From the NCBI RefSeq assembly GCF_003334765.1, contig NZ_QOWT01000036.1: a DNA stretch of 40,009 bases; one strand, written 5' to 3'. This document shows positions 1-8,980 of this stretch, piece by piece. Origin of the DNA: Escherichia coli (lineage in GTDB: Bacteria; Pseudomonadota; Gammaproteobacteria; Enterobacterales; Enterobacteriaceae). Position 1 is the first letter of the stretch, and every line of letters begins with the position of its first letter. The translations under genes were made by a program, and so were the position numbers. The notes under the pieces are model-generated. The model saw only the letters and a program-made list of their open reading frames with translations, ran no database searches and had not been told where the DNA came from.

Positions 1-75
1 CGCGAGGCATCGTCTTAACGAGGCACCGAGGCGTCGCATTCTTCAGATGGTTCAACCCTTAAGTTAGCGCTTATG
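1..75. mobile_element. IS186-family insertion sequence, terminal fragment cut by the window edge (terminal inverted repeat at 53-75)
   Basis: 53-75 caacccttaagttagcgcttatg matches, as reverse complement, the 23-bp IS186 terminal inverted repeat as I recall it (CATAAGCGCTAACTTAAGGGTTG). It is followed at 75-87 by a G-run, 6-nt spacer, C-run (gggagtaatcccc), the kind of target IS186 prefers. K-12 carries an IS186 copy next to entD. Not verified by alignment. Confidence 0.55.
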
Positions 76-185
76 GGAGTAATCCCCGCATATCCGGTTG
101 TCAGGTCAGGATGGTAAGGCACCTGCTTTACACTTTCGCCCGTGGTCAGTGATGGCTGCGGGCGAATCGTACCAGATGTTGTCAA

Positions 186-806
186 TTAATCGTGTTGGCA
201 CAGCGTTATGACTATCTTTTCTTTTATCTGCCAGTGCACAGCAAACATCTCATTCTCACGATGAATGATGACCTGCTGTTTATTCCAGCTAATTATCTGA
301 TAGTCCAGAAAACCTGCATCAGTTTGGATCTCACTTGCCTTAAATGCGCTCTCTTTGGCGGAAAATGCCAGTGTCAGCGCCAGAGAAAAGGCTAAACCGC
401 AGTCTGCGAGTCGCTCGTGTTCCGCTGGTGTAATAATGTTGTCTGTCAATTCTCTTGCGGTTTGTACAGAAAAAATTTCTTCTATATCAATGCCAATCGG
501 TTGACGAGATACCACGGCTAATGCCGTAGTCCCACAGTGGCTAATACTGCCGTATACCTCCGCAGGCCAGACAGGTTGGCGTAGCTCGCCGATTGCGGGC
601 ACACATTTATAGCCATATTCCCGCAAAGCATAAACAGCAGCGATCCGTCCGGCTAAATGCTCTGTTTTACGTTTACGTCCAGCGTGTTGCAGTTGTGCGT
701 AGTGCGGCAGCCAGAGTAAATCCTGCTCACAAAAATTCGCCGGATCGAACTCAACAAAATGCAGCGTATGTCCGGCAAAGGGGAGGGAGGTATGCGTAGT
801 TTTCAT
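186..806 (-). CDS. entD: Enterobactin synthase 4'-phosphopantetheinyl transferase EntD (206 aa)
   Basis: Translation from MKTTHTSLPFAGHTLHFVEF to the C-terminal ITLCQHD matches EntD as I recall it. The 256-aa ORF in the track is an N-terminal over-extension; the start is taken at the internal Met. Confidence 0.93.
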   Translation of the reverse strand: MKTTHTSLPFAGHTLHFVEFDPANFCEQDLLWLPHYAQLQHAGRKRKTEHLAGRIAAVYALREYGYKCVPAIGELRQPVWPAEVYGSISHCGTTALAVVSRQPIGIDIEEIFSVQTARELTDNIITPAEHERLADCGLAFSLALTLAFSAKESAFKASEIQTDAGFLDYQIISWNKQQVIIHRENEMFAVHWQIKEKIVITLCQHD

Positions 807-843
807 ATCGACCATATTCGAGACTGATGACAAACGCAAAACT

Positions 844-942
844 GCCTGATGCGCTACGCTTATCAGGCCTACATGGTCCTGCAATATATTGAATTGGCAA
901 GATTTTTGTAGGCCGGATAAGGCGTTCACGCCGCATCCGGCA
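844..942. repeat. REP/BIME: two REP units in inverted orientation between entD and fepA
   Basis: 844-873 gcctgatgcgctacgcttatcaggcctaca and 908-942 tgtaggccggataaggcgttcacgccgcatccggc are classic REP (palindromic unit) sequences, inverted relative to each other with about 35 bp between them. Confidence 0.7.
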
Positions 943-980
943 TGAACGACGCGCACTTTGTCAACAATCTGACGTTAGCA

Positions 981-3221
981 TCAGAAGTGGGTGTTTACGC
1001 TCATATACCACGTACGTCCCGGCTCGTTATAGGTATACGCCCCGGCACCGGCGATATAGTTGGCCCCTGCCAAATCGCCCGTGGTCTGGGCATTACCCGC
1101 ACGCCACAAACGTTTGTCGAACAGATTGTCCACGCCGCCGGTCAGACTGACATTCTTCGTCACATCCCAGGTCGCGCTCAGGCCAACAATGCTGTAAGGA
1201 CTAATTTCTTTGGTTTCCGGTCCAACCGCTGGCTGACCTTTATAGTTGTACTTCTTCGGCTGCTGCTTGCCGTACCAGGTGAAGGTCGTTTGCATCGACA
1301 AATCTTCCCGTGCCTGCCAGCTCAGCGTTGAGTTCAACGTATACTCCGGGATGATCGACAAACGGTCGCCCGTGGTTTTGTTTTCACTCTTCAGCATATA
1401 AGTGATGTTATTGGTCCACATCACCGTTTCGCTAACCGGTACGTTTAACGATCCTTCCAGACCTTCAACCACCGCTTTCGGCACGTTATCCCACTGATAG
1501 AGATCGGTGCCGACTGCGTTTTGCCCTACAGCCACATAGCCCGCTTCAATCTTATTGCGATAATCGTTACGGAACCAGGTGACGCCCGCCAGCCACCCGT
1601 CGCGTTTGAACTCCAGACCAATCTCTTTGTTGATGCTGGTTTCTGCTTTCAGGTCATCGTTACCTTGCAGATAGCAGCCGCCCGCGCTGGCATAGCAACC
1701 CTGACCTTTACTGTAGAGAATGTAGTTCGGGTTAGTCTGGTACAGGCTCGGCGCTTTATAAGCACGGGCGATGCCCATTTTCAGCGTGAAGTCATCGCCT
1801 AAACCTTGCGATATGTTCAGCGCCGGGCTCCAGTTATTGCCGACAATACTGTGATGATCGAAACGCAGCCCCGGCGTTACGATGGTGCTGTCAGTCAGCT
1901 CCATGTTGTTTTCGGCAAACAGCGAGAAAATTTCTGCTTTTGAATACGGGCTACGGTCGGTGGTACTCACGCCATCAATAGCGCCACCGGTATTCGTTCC
2001 GGTCAGTGCCTGGGTGTTGGAACTTAAGTCCTTCATCCGTTGCTGATTCCACTCCGTACCCAGCGTCAGCGTCTGGTTAACGAGGAAATCAATCGGCAGG
2101 TTAACTTCGCTGTGCAGCATCACGTCATCAAGATCGATATCGACGAAATCCTGTGTCGCTTTTTCGTTAAATTTCCCTTCGGTACCGCCCGCCAGACCTT
2201 CCGGAATACGCGAGTTACGGGTGTGTTCGTACTGCACCCAGTTGCTGGTGGTCACGCCGTTATCCCAGCCACCGTTCCAGGTCAGCGCGTAGTTCTGGCG
2301 ATACAGACGGTTGGTTTCATCGCCATATTTCGAGCGGGTATAGGAATCGGAGTTGGTATTCTGGGTGTCGCCCGCATACAGGTTACCCTGGCGGCTGTAA
2401 CCTGCTTCCAGTTCCAGCGATTGCAATGGCGCGAAATCCCAGCGCACCACGCCATTAATATCTTTGTTGATTACCCCTTCGCGCCCGGCTGGTAACGTCG
2501 TGGCATACGTTCCGGCACGCGCGGACTGATGGCCCTGGTTGATATCCCACGCGTCAGCCTGGGTTTTGTCGAGGTTGCCATACAAACGGAAGCTGAATTC
2601 GTCGCCCAGCGGACCGGTCAGGCTAAAGTTAGTGCGTTTGGTGGCACCTTCCTCTTTATGTTCTGGCGCATTGAAATATGCGTCCCAGGAGCCGTGCCAC
2701 TCGCCGCTGCCTTTTTTGGTAATGATGTTAACCACGCCGCCCGCCGCGCCGTTGCCATAACGCGCAGCTGCCGGACCACGCAGAACTTCAATACGTTCAA
2801 TCATTTCAGGTGGCACCCAGGAAGTATCACCACGGGTATCGCGCTCGCCACGCCAGCCCTGACGCACCGAGTTACGGCTGCTTACCGGCTTGCCGTCAAT
2901 CAAAATCAGCGTGTTTTCCGGACCCATACCGCGAATATCAATCTGTCGGTTATTCCCACGCTGACCACTGGTGGAGTTACCGGTCAGGTTAACGCCTGGC
3001 ATGGTACGGATGATCTCCGACACATCGCGGGCAACCGGGTTTTTGCGGATTTCATCTGCGGTGATGGTCGAAACGCCAGGCGCCTGTAAGTTCTGCTCGG
3101 CGGCGGTAACGACAATAGTATCGTCATGTGAAACAGGAGTATCGGTCGGCTCTTGTGCCTGCGCTACCCCATAAATCCCCAGATTGACCAACAAGGCCAG
3201 GGAATGAATCTTCTTGTTCAT
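981..3221 (-). CDS. fepA: Ferric enterobactin outer-membrane TonB-dependent receptor FepA (746 aa precursor)
   Basis: Begins MNKKIHSLALLVNLGIYGVAQAQEP (signal peptide), has the TonB-box-like DTIVVTA and ends in the C-terminal aromatic residue expected of a beta-barrel. The 766-aa ORF in the track is over-extended by 20 codons. Confidence 0.95.
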   Translation of the reverse strand: MNKKIHSLALLVNLGIYGVAQAQEPTDTPVSHDDTIVVTAAEQNLQAPGVSTITADEIRKNPVARDVSEIIRTMPGVNLTGNSTSGQRGNNRQIDIRGMGPENTLILIDGKPVSSRNSVRQGWRGERDTRGDTSWVPPEMIERIEVLRGPAAARYGNGAAGGVVNIITKKGSGEWHGSWDAYFNAPEHKEEGATKRTNFSLTGPLGDEFSFRLYGNLDKTQADAWDINQGHQSARAGTYATTLPAGREGVINKDINGVVRWDFAPLQSLELEAGYSRQGNLYAGDTQNTNSDSYTRSKYGDETNRLYRQNYALTWNGGWDNGVTTSNWVQYEHTRNSRIPEGLAGGTEGKFNEKATQDFVDIDLDDVMLHSEVNLPIDFLVNQTLTLGTEWNQQRMKDLSSNTQALTGTNTGGAIDGVSTTDRSPYSKAEIFSLFAENNMELTDSTIVTPGLRFDHHSIVGNNWSPALNISQGLGDDFTLKMGIARAYKAPSLYQTNPNYILYSKGQGCYASAGGCYLQGNDDLKAETSINKEIGLEFKRDGWLAGVTWFRNDYRNKIEAGYVAVGQNAVGTDLYQWDNVPKAVVEGLEGSLNVPVSETVMWTNNITYMLKSENKTTGDRLSIIPEYTLNSTLSWQAREDLSMQTTFTWYGKQQPKKYNYKGQPAVGPETKEISPYSIVGLSATWDVTKNVSLTGGVDNLFDKRLWRAGNAQTTGDLAGANYIAGAGAYTYNEPGRTWYMSVNTHF

Positions 3222-3383
3222 TGTTTTATTCCTGCATTTTTGCCACGAATTGCAACTGTCGGGCATGGTCGTCATCAACACGACGCATCCCGCTACCGCG
3301 AAAACCTTTGATCCTGAAAGACACGCAGTGCAGTTGGTTAATTAATGTCCGCGCTTCCCACGGCGCGCCATTACGCTATTGCA

Positions 3384-3416
3384 AATGCAAATAGTTATCA
3401 ATAATATTATCAATAT
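3384..3416. promoter_or_regulatory. Fur-box array in the fepA/fes divergent promoter region
   Basis: gcaaatagttatcaataatattatcaatat is built from GATAAT-like hexamers (gttatc, aataat, attatc) typical of Fur operators. It lies in the 242-bp spacer between divergently transcribed fepA and fes. Confidence 0.6.
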
Positions 3417-3463
3417 ATTTCTGCAATCAATGAAAAATTGCACAGTAAACATGGGGTTATGGT

Positions 3464-4666
3464 GTGACGGCGTTAAAAGTAGGAAGTGAGAGCTGGTGGC
3501 AGTCGAAACATGGCCCGGAATGGCAGCGTCTGAATGACGAAATGTTTGAGGTCACTTTCTGGTGGCGTGATCCCCAAGGTTCTGAAGAATACTCGACGAT
3601 AAAGCGCGTATGGGTCTACATCACTGGTGTGACCGATCACCATCAGAACAGCCAGCCCCAGTCGATGCAGCGAATTGCAGGCACTAACGTCTGGCAGTGG
3701 ACGACACAACTCAATGCCAACTGGCGCGGCAGCTACTGCTTTATTCCCACCGAACGCGATGACATTTTTTCTGTACCATCCCCCGATCGCCTCGAATTGC
3801 GCGAAGGCTGGCGAAAACTATTACCCCAGGCGATAGCCGATCCGCTGAACCTACAAAGCTGGAAAGGCGGGCGAGGGCACGCTGTTTCTGCACTCGAAAT
3901 GCCGCAAGCGCCTCTGCAACCGGGATGGGATTGTCCGCAAGCGCCAGAAATACCTGCCAAAGAAATTATCTGGAAAAGTGAACGGTTGAAAAAGTCACGG
4001 CGTGTATGGATTTTTACCACCGGCGATGCAACAGCAGAAGAACGCCCGCTGGCAGTTTTGCTCGATGGCGAATTTTGGGCGCAAAGTATGCCCGTCTGGC
4101 CAGTGCTGACTTCGCTGACCCATCGTCAGCAACTTCCTCCCGCCGTGTATGTGTTGATCGACGCTATCGACACCACGCACCGCGCCCACGAACTGCCGTG
4201 TAATGCGGATTTCTGGCTCGCAGTACAGCAAGAGTTATTACCCCTGGTGAAAGCTATTGCCCCTTTTAGCGATCGTGCCGATCGCACCGTGGTTGCCGGG
4301 CAGAGTTTTGGTGGGCTTTCCGCGCTGTATGCCGGACTGCACTGGCCTGAACGCTTTGGCTGTGTATTAAGCCAGTCAGGATCGTACTGGTGGCCGCATC
4401 GGGGCGGGCAGCAAGAGGGCGTGTTACTTGAAAAGCTAAAAGCTGGTGAAGTTAGCGCCGAAGGTCTGCGCATTGTGCTGGAAGCGGGTATTCGCGAGCC
4501 GATGATCATGCGGGCCAATCAGGCGCTGTATGCGCAATTACACCCCATAAAAGAATCCATTTTCTGGCGTCAGGTTGACGGCGGACATGATGCGCTTTGT
4601 TGGCGCGGTGGCTTGATGCAGGGGCTAATCGACCTCTGGCAACCACTTTTCCATGACAGGAGTTGA
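3464..4666 (+). CDS. fes: Enterochelin (ferric enterobactin) esterase Fes; 400 aa from GTG at 3464, or 374 aa if the ATG at 3542 is used
   Basis: Translation matches Fes and contains the GQSFGG serine-hydrolase motif. The first codon at 3464 is GTG, preceded by a G-rich stretch (gggg at 3454-3457). The stop overlaps the ybdZ start region. Confidence 0.88.
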   Translation: MTALKVGSESWWQSKHGPEWQRLNDEMFEVTFWWRDPQGSEEYSTIKRVWVYITGVTDHHQNSQPQSMQRIAGTNVWQWTTQLNANWRGSYCFIPTERDDIFSVPSPDRLELREGWRKLLPQAIADPLNLQSWKGGRGHAVSALEMPQAPLQPGWDCPQAPEIPAKEIIWKSERLKKSRRVWIFTTGDATAEERPLAVLLDGEFWAQSMPVWPVLTSLTHRQQLPPAVYVLIDAIDTTHRAHELPCNADFWLAVQQELLPLVKAIAPFSDRADRTVVAGQSFGGLSALYAGLHWPERFGCVLSQSGSYWWPHRGGQQEGVLLEKLKAGEVSAEGLRIVLEAGIREPMIMRANQALYAQLHPIKESIFWRQVDGGHDALCWRGGLMQGLIDLWQPLFHDRS

Positions 4667-4668
4667 AT

Positions 4669-4887
4669 ATGGCATTCAGTAATCCCTTCGATGATCCGCA
4701 GGGAGCGTTTTACATATTGCGCAATGCGCAGGGGCAATTCAGTCTGTGGCCGCAACAATGCGTCTTACCGGCAGGCTGGGACATTGTGTGTCAGCCGCAG
4801 TCACAGGCGTCCTGCCAGCAGTGGCTGGAAGCCCACTGGCGTACTCTGACACCGACGAATTTTACCCAGTTGCAGGAGGCACAATGA
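4669..4887 (+). CDS. ybdZ: MbtH-like protein YbdZ (72 aa), accessory protein for the EntF adenylation domain
   Basis: MAFSNPFDDPQGAFYILRNAQGQFSLWPQQ... is an MbtH-like fold with conserved Trp residues. Its start lies 2 bp after the fes stop, and its stop overlaps the entF ATG (atga at 4884-4887). Confidence 0.9.
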   Translation: MAFSNPFDDPQGAFYILRNAQGQFSLWPQQCVLPAGWDIVCQPQSQASCQQWLEAHWRTLTPTNFTQLQEAQ

Positions 4888-7800
4888 GCCAGCATTTACC
4901 TTTGGTCGCCGCACAGCCCGGCATCTGGATGGCAGAAAAACTGTCAGAATTACCCTCCGCCTGGAGCGTGGCGCATTACGTTGAGTTAACCGGAGAGGTT
5001 GATTCGCCATTACTGGCCCGCGCGGTGGTTGCCGGACTAGCGCAAGCAGATACGCTGCGGATGCGTTTTACGGAAGATAACGGCGAAGTCTGGCAGTGGG
5101 TCGATGATGCGCTGACGTTCGAACTGCCAGAAATTATCGACCTACGAACCAACATTGATCCGCACGGTACTGCGCAGGCATTAATGCAGGCGGATTTGCA
5201 ACAAGATCTGCGCGTCGATAGCGGTAAACCACTGGTCTTTCATCAGCTGATACAGGTGGCGGATAACCGCTGGTACTGGTATCAGCGTTATCACCATTTG
5301 CTGGTCGATGGCTTTAGTTTCCCGGCCATTACCCGCCAGATCGCCAATATTTACTGCACATGGCTGCGTGGCGAACCAACGCCGGCTTCGCCATTTACGC
5401 CTTTCGCTGATGTAGTGGAAGAGTACCAGCAATACCGCGAAAGCGAAGCCTGGCAGCGTGATGCGGCATTCTGGGCAGAACAGCGTCGTCAACTGCCGCC
5501 GCCCGCGTCACTTTCTCCGGCACCTTTACCGGGGCGCAGCGCCTCGGCAGATATTCTGCGCCTGAAACTGGAATTTACCGACGGGGAATTCCGCCAGCTG
5601 GCTACGCAACTTTCAGGTGTGCAGCGTACCGATTTAGCCCTTGCGCTGGCAGCCTTGTGGCTGGGGCGATTGTGCAATCGTATGGACTACGCCGCCGGAT
5701 TTATCTTTATGCGTCGACTGGGCTCGGCGGCGCTGACGGCTACCGGACCCGTGCTCAACGTTTTGCCGTTGGGTATTCACATTGCGGCGCAAGAAACGCT
5801 GCCGGAACTGGCAACCCGACTGGCAGCACAACTGAAAAAAATGCGTCGTCATCAACGTTACGATGCCGAACAAATTGTCCGTGACAGCGGGCGAGCGGCA
5901 GGTGATGAACCGCTGTTTGGTCCGGTACTCAATATCAAGGTATTTGATTACCAACTGGATATTCCTGATGTTCAGGCGCAAACCCATACCCTGGCAACCG
6001 GTCCGGTTAATGACCTTGAACTGGCCCTGTTCCCGGATGTACACGGTGATTTGAGTATTGAGATCCTCGCCAATAAACAGCGTTACGATGAGCCAACGTT
6101 AATCCAGCATGCTGAACGCCTGAAAATGCTGATTGCCCAGTTCGCCGCGGATCCGGCGCTGTTGTGCGGCGATGTCGATATTATGCTGCCAGGTGAGTAT
6201 GCGCAGCTGGCGCAGCTCAACGCCACTCAGGTTGAGATTCCAGAAACCACGCTTAGCGCGCTGGTGGCAGAACAAGCGGCAAAAACACCGGATGCTCCGG
6301 CGCTGGCAGATGCGCGTTACCTGTTCAGCTATCGGGAAATGCGCGAGCAGGTGGTGGCGCTGGCGAATCTGCTGCGTGAGCGCGGCGTTAAACCAGGGGA
6401 CAGCGTGGCGGTGGCACTACCGCGCTCGGTCTTTTTGACCCTGGCACTCCATGCGATAGTTGAAGCTGGAGCGGCCTGGCTACCGCTGGATACCGGCTAT
6501 CCGGACGATCGCCTGAAAATGATGCTGGAAGATGCGCGTCCGTCGCTGTTAATTACCACCGACGATCAACTGCCGCGCTTTAGCGATGTTCCCAATTTAA
6601 CAAGCCTTTGCTATAACGCCCCGCTTACACCGCAGGGCAGTGCGCCGCTGCAACTTTCACAACCGCATCACACGGCTTATATCATCTTTACCTCTGGCTC
6701 CACCGGCAGGCCGAAAGGGGTAATGGTCGGGCAGACGGCTATCGTCAACCGCCTGCTTTGGATGCAAAATCATTATCCGCTTACAGGCGAAGATGTCGTT
6801 GCCCAAAAAACGCCGTGCAGTTTTGATGTCTCGGTGTGGGAGTTTTTCTGGCCGTTTATCGCAGGGGCAAAACTGGTGATGGCTGAACCGGAAGCGCACC
6901 GCGACCCGCTCGCTATGCAGCAATTCTTTGCCGAATATGGCGTAACGACCACGCACTTTGTGCCGTCGATGCTGGCGGCATTTGTTGCCTCGCTGACGCC
7001 GCAAACCGCTCGCCAGAGTTGCGCGACGTTGAAACAGGTTTTCTGTAGTGGTGAGGCCTTACCGGCTGATTTATGCCGCGAATGGCAACAGTTAACTGGC
7101 GCGCCGTTGCATAATCTATATGGCCCGACGGAAGCGGCGGTAGATGTCAGCTGGTATCCGGCTTTTGGCGAGGAACTGGCACAGGTGCGCGGCAGCAGTG
7201 TGCCGATTGGTTATCCGGTATGGAATACGGGTCTGCGTATTCTTGATGCGATGATGCATCCGGTGCCGCCGGGTGTGGCGGGTGATCTCTATCTCACTGG
7301 CATTCAACTGGCGCAGGGCTATCTCGGACGCCCCGATCTGACCGCCAGCCGCTTTATTGCCGATCCTTTTGCCCCAGGTGAACGGATGTACCGTACCGGA
7401 GACGTTGCCCGCTGGCTGGATAACGGCGCGGTGGAGTACCTCGGGCGCAGTGATGATCAGCTAAAAATTCGCGGGCAGCGTATCGAACTGGGCGAAATCG
7501 ATCGCGTGATGCAGGCGCTGCCGGATGTCGAACAAGCCGTTACCCACGCCTGTGTGATTAACCAGGCGGCTGCCACCGGTGGTGATGCGCGTCAATTGGT
7601 GGGCTATCTGGTGTCGCAATCGGGCCTGCCGTTGGATACCAGCGCATTGCAGGCGCAGCTTCGTGAAACATTGCCACCACATATGGTACCGGTGGTTCTG
7701 CTGCAACTTCCACAGTTACCACTTAGCGCCAACGGCAAGCTGGATCGCAAAGCCTTACCGTTGCCTGAACTGAAGGCACAAGCGCCAGGGCGTGCGCCGA

Positions 7801-8765
7801 AAGCGGGCAGTGAAACGATTATCGCCGCGGCATTCTCGTCGTTGCTGGGGTGTGACGTGCAGGATGCCGATGCTGATTTCTTCGCGCTTGGCGGTCATTC
7901 GCTACTGGCAATGAAACTGGCAGCGCAGTTAAGTCGGCAGGTTGCCCGCCAGGTGACGCCGGGGCAAGTGATGGTCGCGTCAACTGTCGCCAAACTGGCA
8001 ACGATTATTGATGCTGAAGAAGACAGCACCCGGCGTATGGGATTCGAAACCATTCTGCCGTTGCGTGAAGGTAATGGCCCGACGCTGTTTTGTTTCCATC
8101 CTGCGTCCGGTTTTGCCTGGCAGTTCAGCGTGCTCTCGCGTTATCTCGATCCACAATGGTCGATTATCGGCATTCAGTCACCGCGCCCCAATGGCCCCAT
8201 GCAGACGGCGGCAAACCTGGATGAAGTCTGCGAAGCGCATCTGGCAACGTTACTTGAACAACAACCGCATGGCCCTTATTACCTGCTGGGGTATTCCCTT
8301 GGCGGTACGCTGGCGCAGGGTATTGCGGCGCGACTGCGTGCCCGTGGCGAACAGGTGGCATTTCTTGGCTTGCTGGATACCTGGCCGCCAGAAACGCAAA
8401 ACTGGCAGGAAAAAGAAGCTAATGGTCTGGACCCGGAAGTGCTGGCGGAGATTAACCGCGAACGCGAGGCCTTCCTGGCAGCACAGCAGGGAAGTACTTC
8501 AACGGAGTTGTTTACCACCATTGAAGGCAACTACGCTGATGCTGTGCGCCTGCTGACGACTGCTCATAGCGTACCGTTTGACGGTAAAGCGACGCTGTTT
8601 GTTGCTGAACGCACACTTCAGGAAGGTATGAGTCCCGAACGCGCCTGGTCGCCGTGGATAGCGGAGCTGGATATCTATCGTCAGGATTGTGCGCATGTGG
8701 ATATTATCTCTCCAGGGACGTTTGAAAAAATTGGGCCGATTATTCGCGCAACGCTAAACAGGTAA
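4884..8765 (+). CDS. entF: Enterobactin synthase component F, non-ribosomal peptide synthetase EntF (C-A-PCP-TE, 1293 aa)
   Basis: Starts MSQHLPLVAAQPGIWMAEKL; carries the adenylation core FTSGSTGRPKG, the carrier-protein motif LGGHSL and the thioesterase GYSLGG. The 1339-aa ORF in the track is over-extended upstream. Confidence 0.95.
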   Translation: MSQHLPLVAAQPGIWMAEKLSELPSAWSVAHYVELTGEVDSPLLARAVVAGLAQADTLRMRFTEDNGEVWQWVDDALTFELPEIIDLRTNIDPHGTAQALMQADLQQDLRVDSGKPLVFHQLIQVADNRWYWYQRYHHLLVDGFSFPAITRQIANIYCTWLRGEPTPASPFTPFADVVEEYQQYRESEAWQRDAAFWAEQRRQLPPPASLSPAPLPGRSASADILRLKLEFTDGEFRQLATQLSGVQRTDLALALAALWLGRLCNRMDYAAGFIFMRRLGSAALTATGPVLNVLPLGIHIAAQETLPELATRLAAQLKKMRRHQRYDAEQIVRDSGRAAGDEPLFGPVLNIKVFDYQLDIPDVQAQTHTLATGPVNDLELALFPDVHGDLSIEILANKQRYDEPTLIQHAERLKMLIAQFAADPALLCGDVDIMLPGEYAQLAQLNATQVEIPETTLSALVAEQAAKTPDAPALADARYLFSYREMREQVVALANLLRERGVKPGDSVAVALPRSVFLTLALHAIVEAGAAWLPLDTGYPDDRLKMMLEDARPSLLITTDDQLPRFSDVPNLTSLCYNAPLTPQGSAPLQLSQPHHTAYIIFTSGSTGRPKGVMVGQTAIVNRLLWMQNHYPLTGEDVVAQKTPCSFDVSVWEFFWPFIAGAKLVMAEPEAHRDPLAMQQFFAEYGVTTTHFVPSMLAAFVASLTPQTARQSCATLKQVFCSGEALPADLCREWQQLTGAPLHNLYGPTEAAVDVSWYPAFGEELAQVRGSSVPIGYPVWNTGLRILDAMMHPVPPGVAGDLYLTGIQLAQGYLGRPDLTASRFIADPFAPGERMYRTGDVARWLDNGAVEYLGRSDDQLKIRGQRIELGEIDRVMQALPDVEQAVTHACVINQAAATGGDARQLVGYLVSQSGLPLDTSALQAQLRETLPPHMVPVVLLQLPQLPLSANGKLDRKALPLPELKAQAPGRAPKAGSETIIAAAFSSLLGCDVQDADADFFALGGHSLLAMKLAAQLSRQVARQVTPGQVMVASTVAKLATIIDAEEDSTRRMGFETILPLREGNGPTLFCFHPASGFAWQFSVLSRYLDPQWSIIGIQSPRPNGPMQTAANLDEVCEAHLATLLEQQPHGPYYLLGYSLGGTLAQGIAARLRARGEQVAFLGLLDTWPPETQNWQEKEANGLDPEVLAEINREREAFLAAQQGSTSTELFTTIEGNYADAVRLLTTAHSVPFDGKATLFVAERTLQEGMSPERAWSPWIAELDIYRQDCAHVDIISPGTFEKIGPIIRATLNR

Positions 8766-8780
8766 ATTAATATTATTTAT

Positions 8781-8818
8781 AAACCCATAATTACAGAAAA
8801 TAATTATGGGTTTTTTAT
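8781..8818 (+). terminator. Rho-independent terminator after entF
   Basis: Stem cccataatta (8784-8793) pairs with taattatggg (8801-8810), followed by a tttttt run, 16 bp after the entF stop. Confidence 0.6.
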
Positions 8819-8980
8819 TTGTTTGATTTATAGGTTTGATGAATATTTCTCTTAAATAGAGTGAATGTTGCATTCAGTGGAAGGAATTTACAAACTTCAG
8901 CTTCGGATAATTATCACCAACTGGTAAAGTGAGCGCCGTGGAGATTTCCCCCTATTGGACTCATTTTCAGGTTATACCCC

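Noticed and set aside
807-956. N-terminal extension of entD (track ORF 186-956, 256 aa)
   Set aside because: The extension runs through the REP/BIME repeat and does not match the EntD N-terminus I recall; the internal Met at 806 gives the expected 206-aa protein.
2529-3089. 186-aa ORF on the plus strand inside fepA
   Set aside because: Entirely antisense to the well-supported fepA coding sequence; no ribosome-binding site or recognisable domain; typical shadow ORF in GC-rich coding DNA.
4746-4883. Upstream extension of entF (track ORF 1339 aa)
   Set aside because: It overlaps ybdZ in another frame; the EntF N-terminus MSQHLPLVAAQPGIWMAEK begins at 4884, overlapping the ybdZ stop.
8008-8556. 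182-aa alternate-frame ORF within entF
   Set aside because: Same strand, different frame, inside the EntF thioesterase region; composition (Arg/Cys/Trp-rich) is typical of out-of-frame translation.
8901-8920. Possible Fur box upstream of fepE (gataattatcac)
   Set aside because: Only a single hexamer-pair match (about 9 of 13 to the consensus core); too weak to call without binding data.
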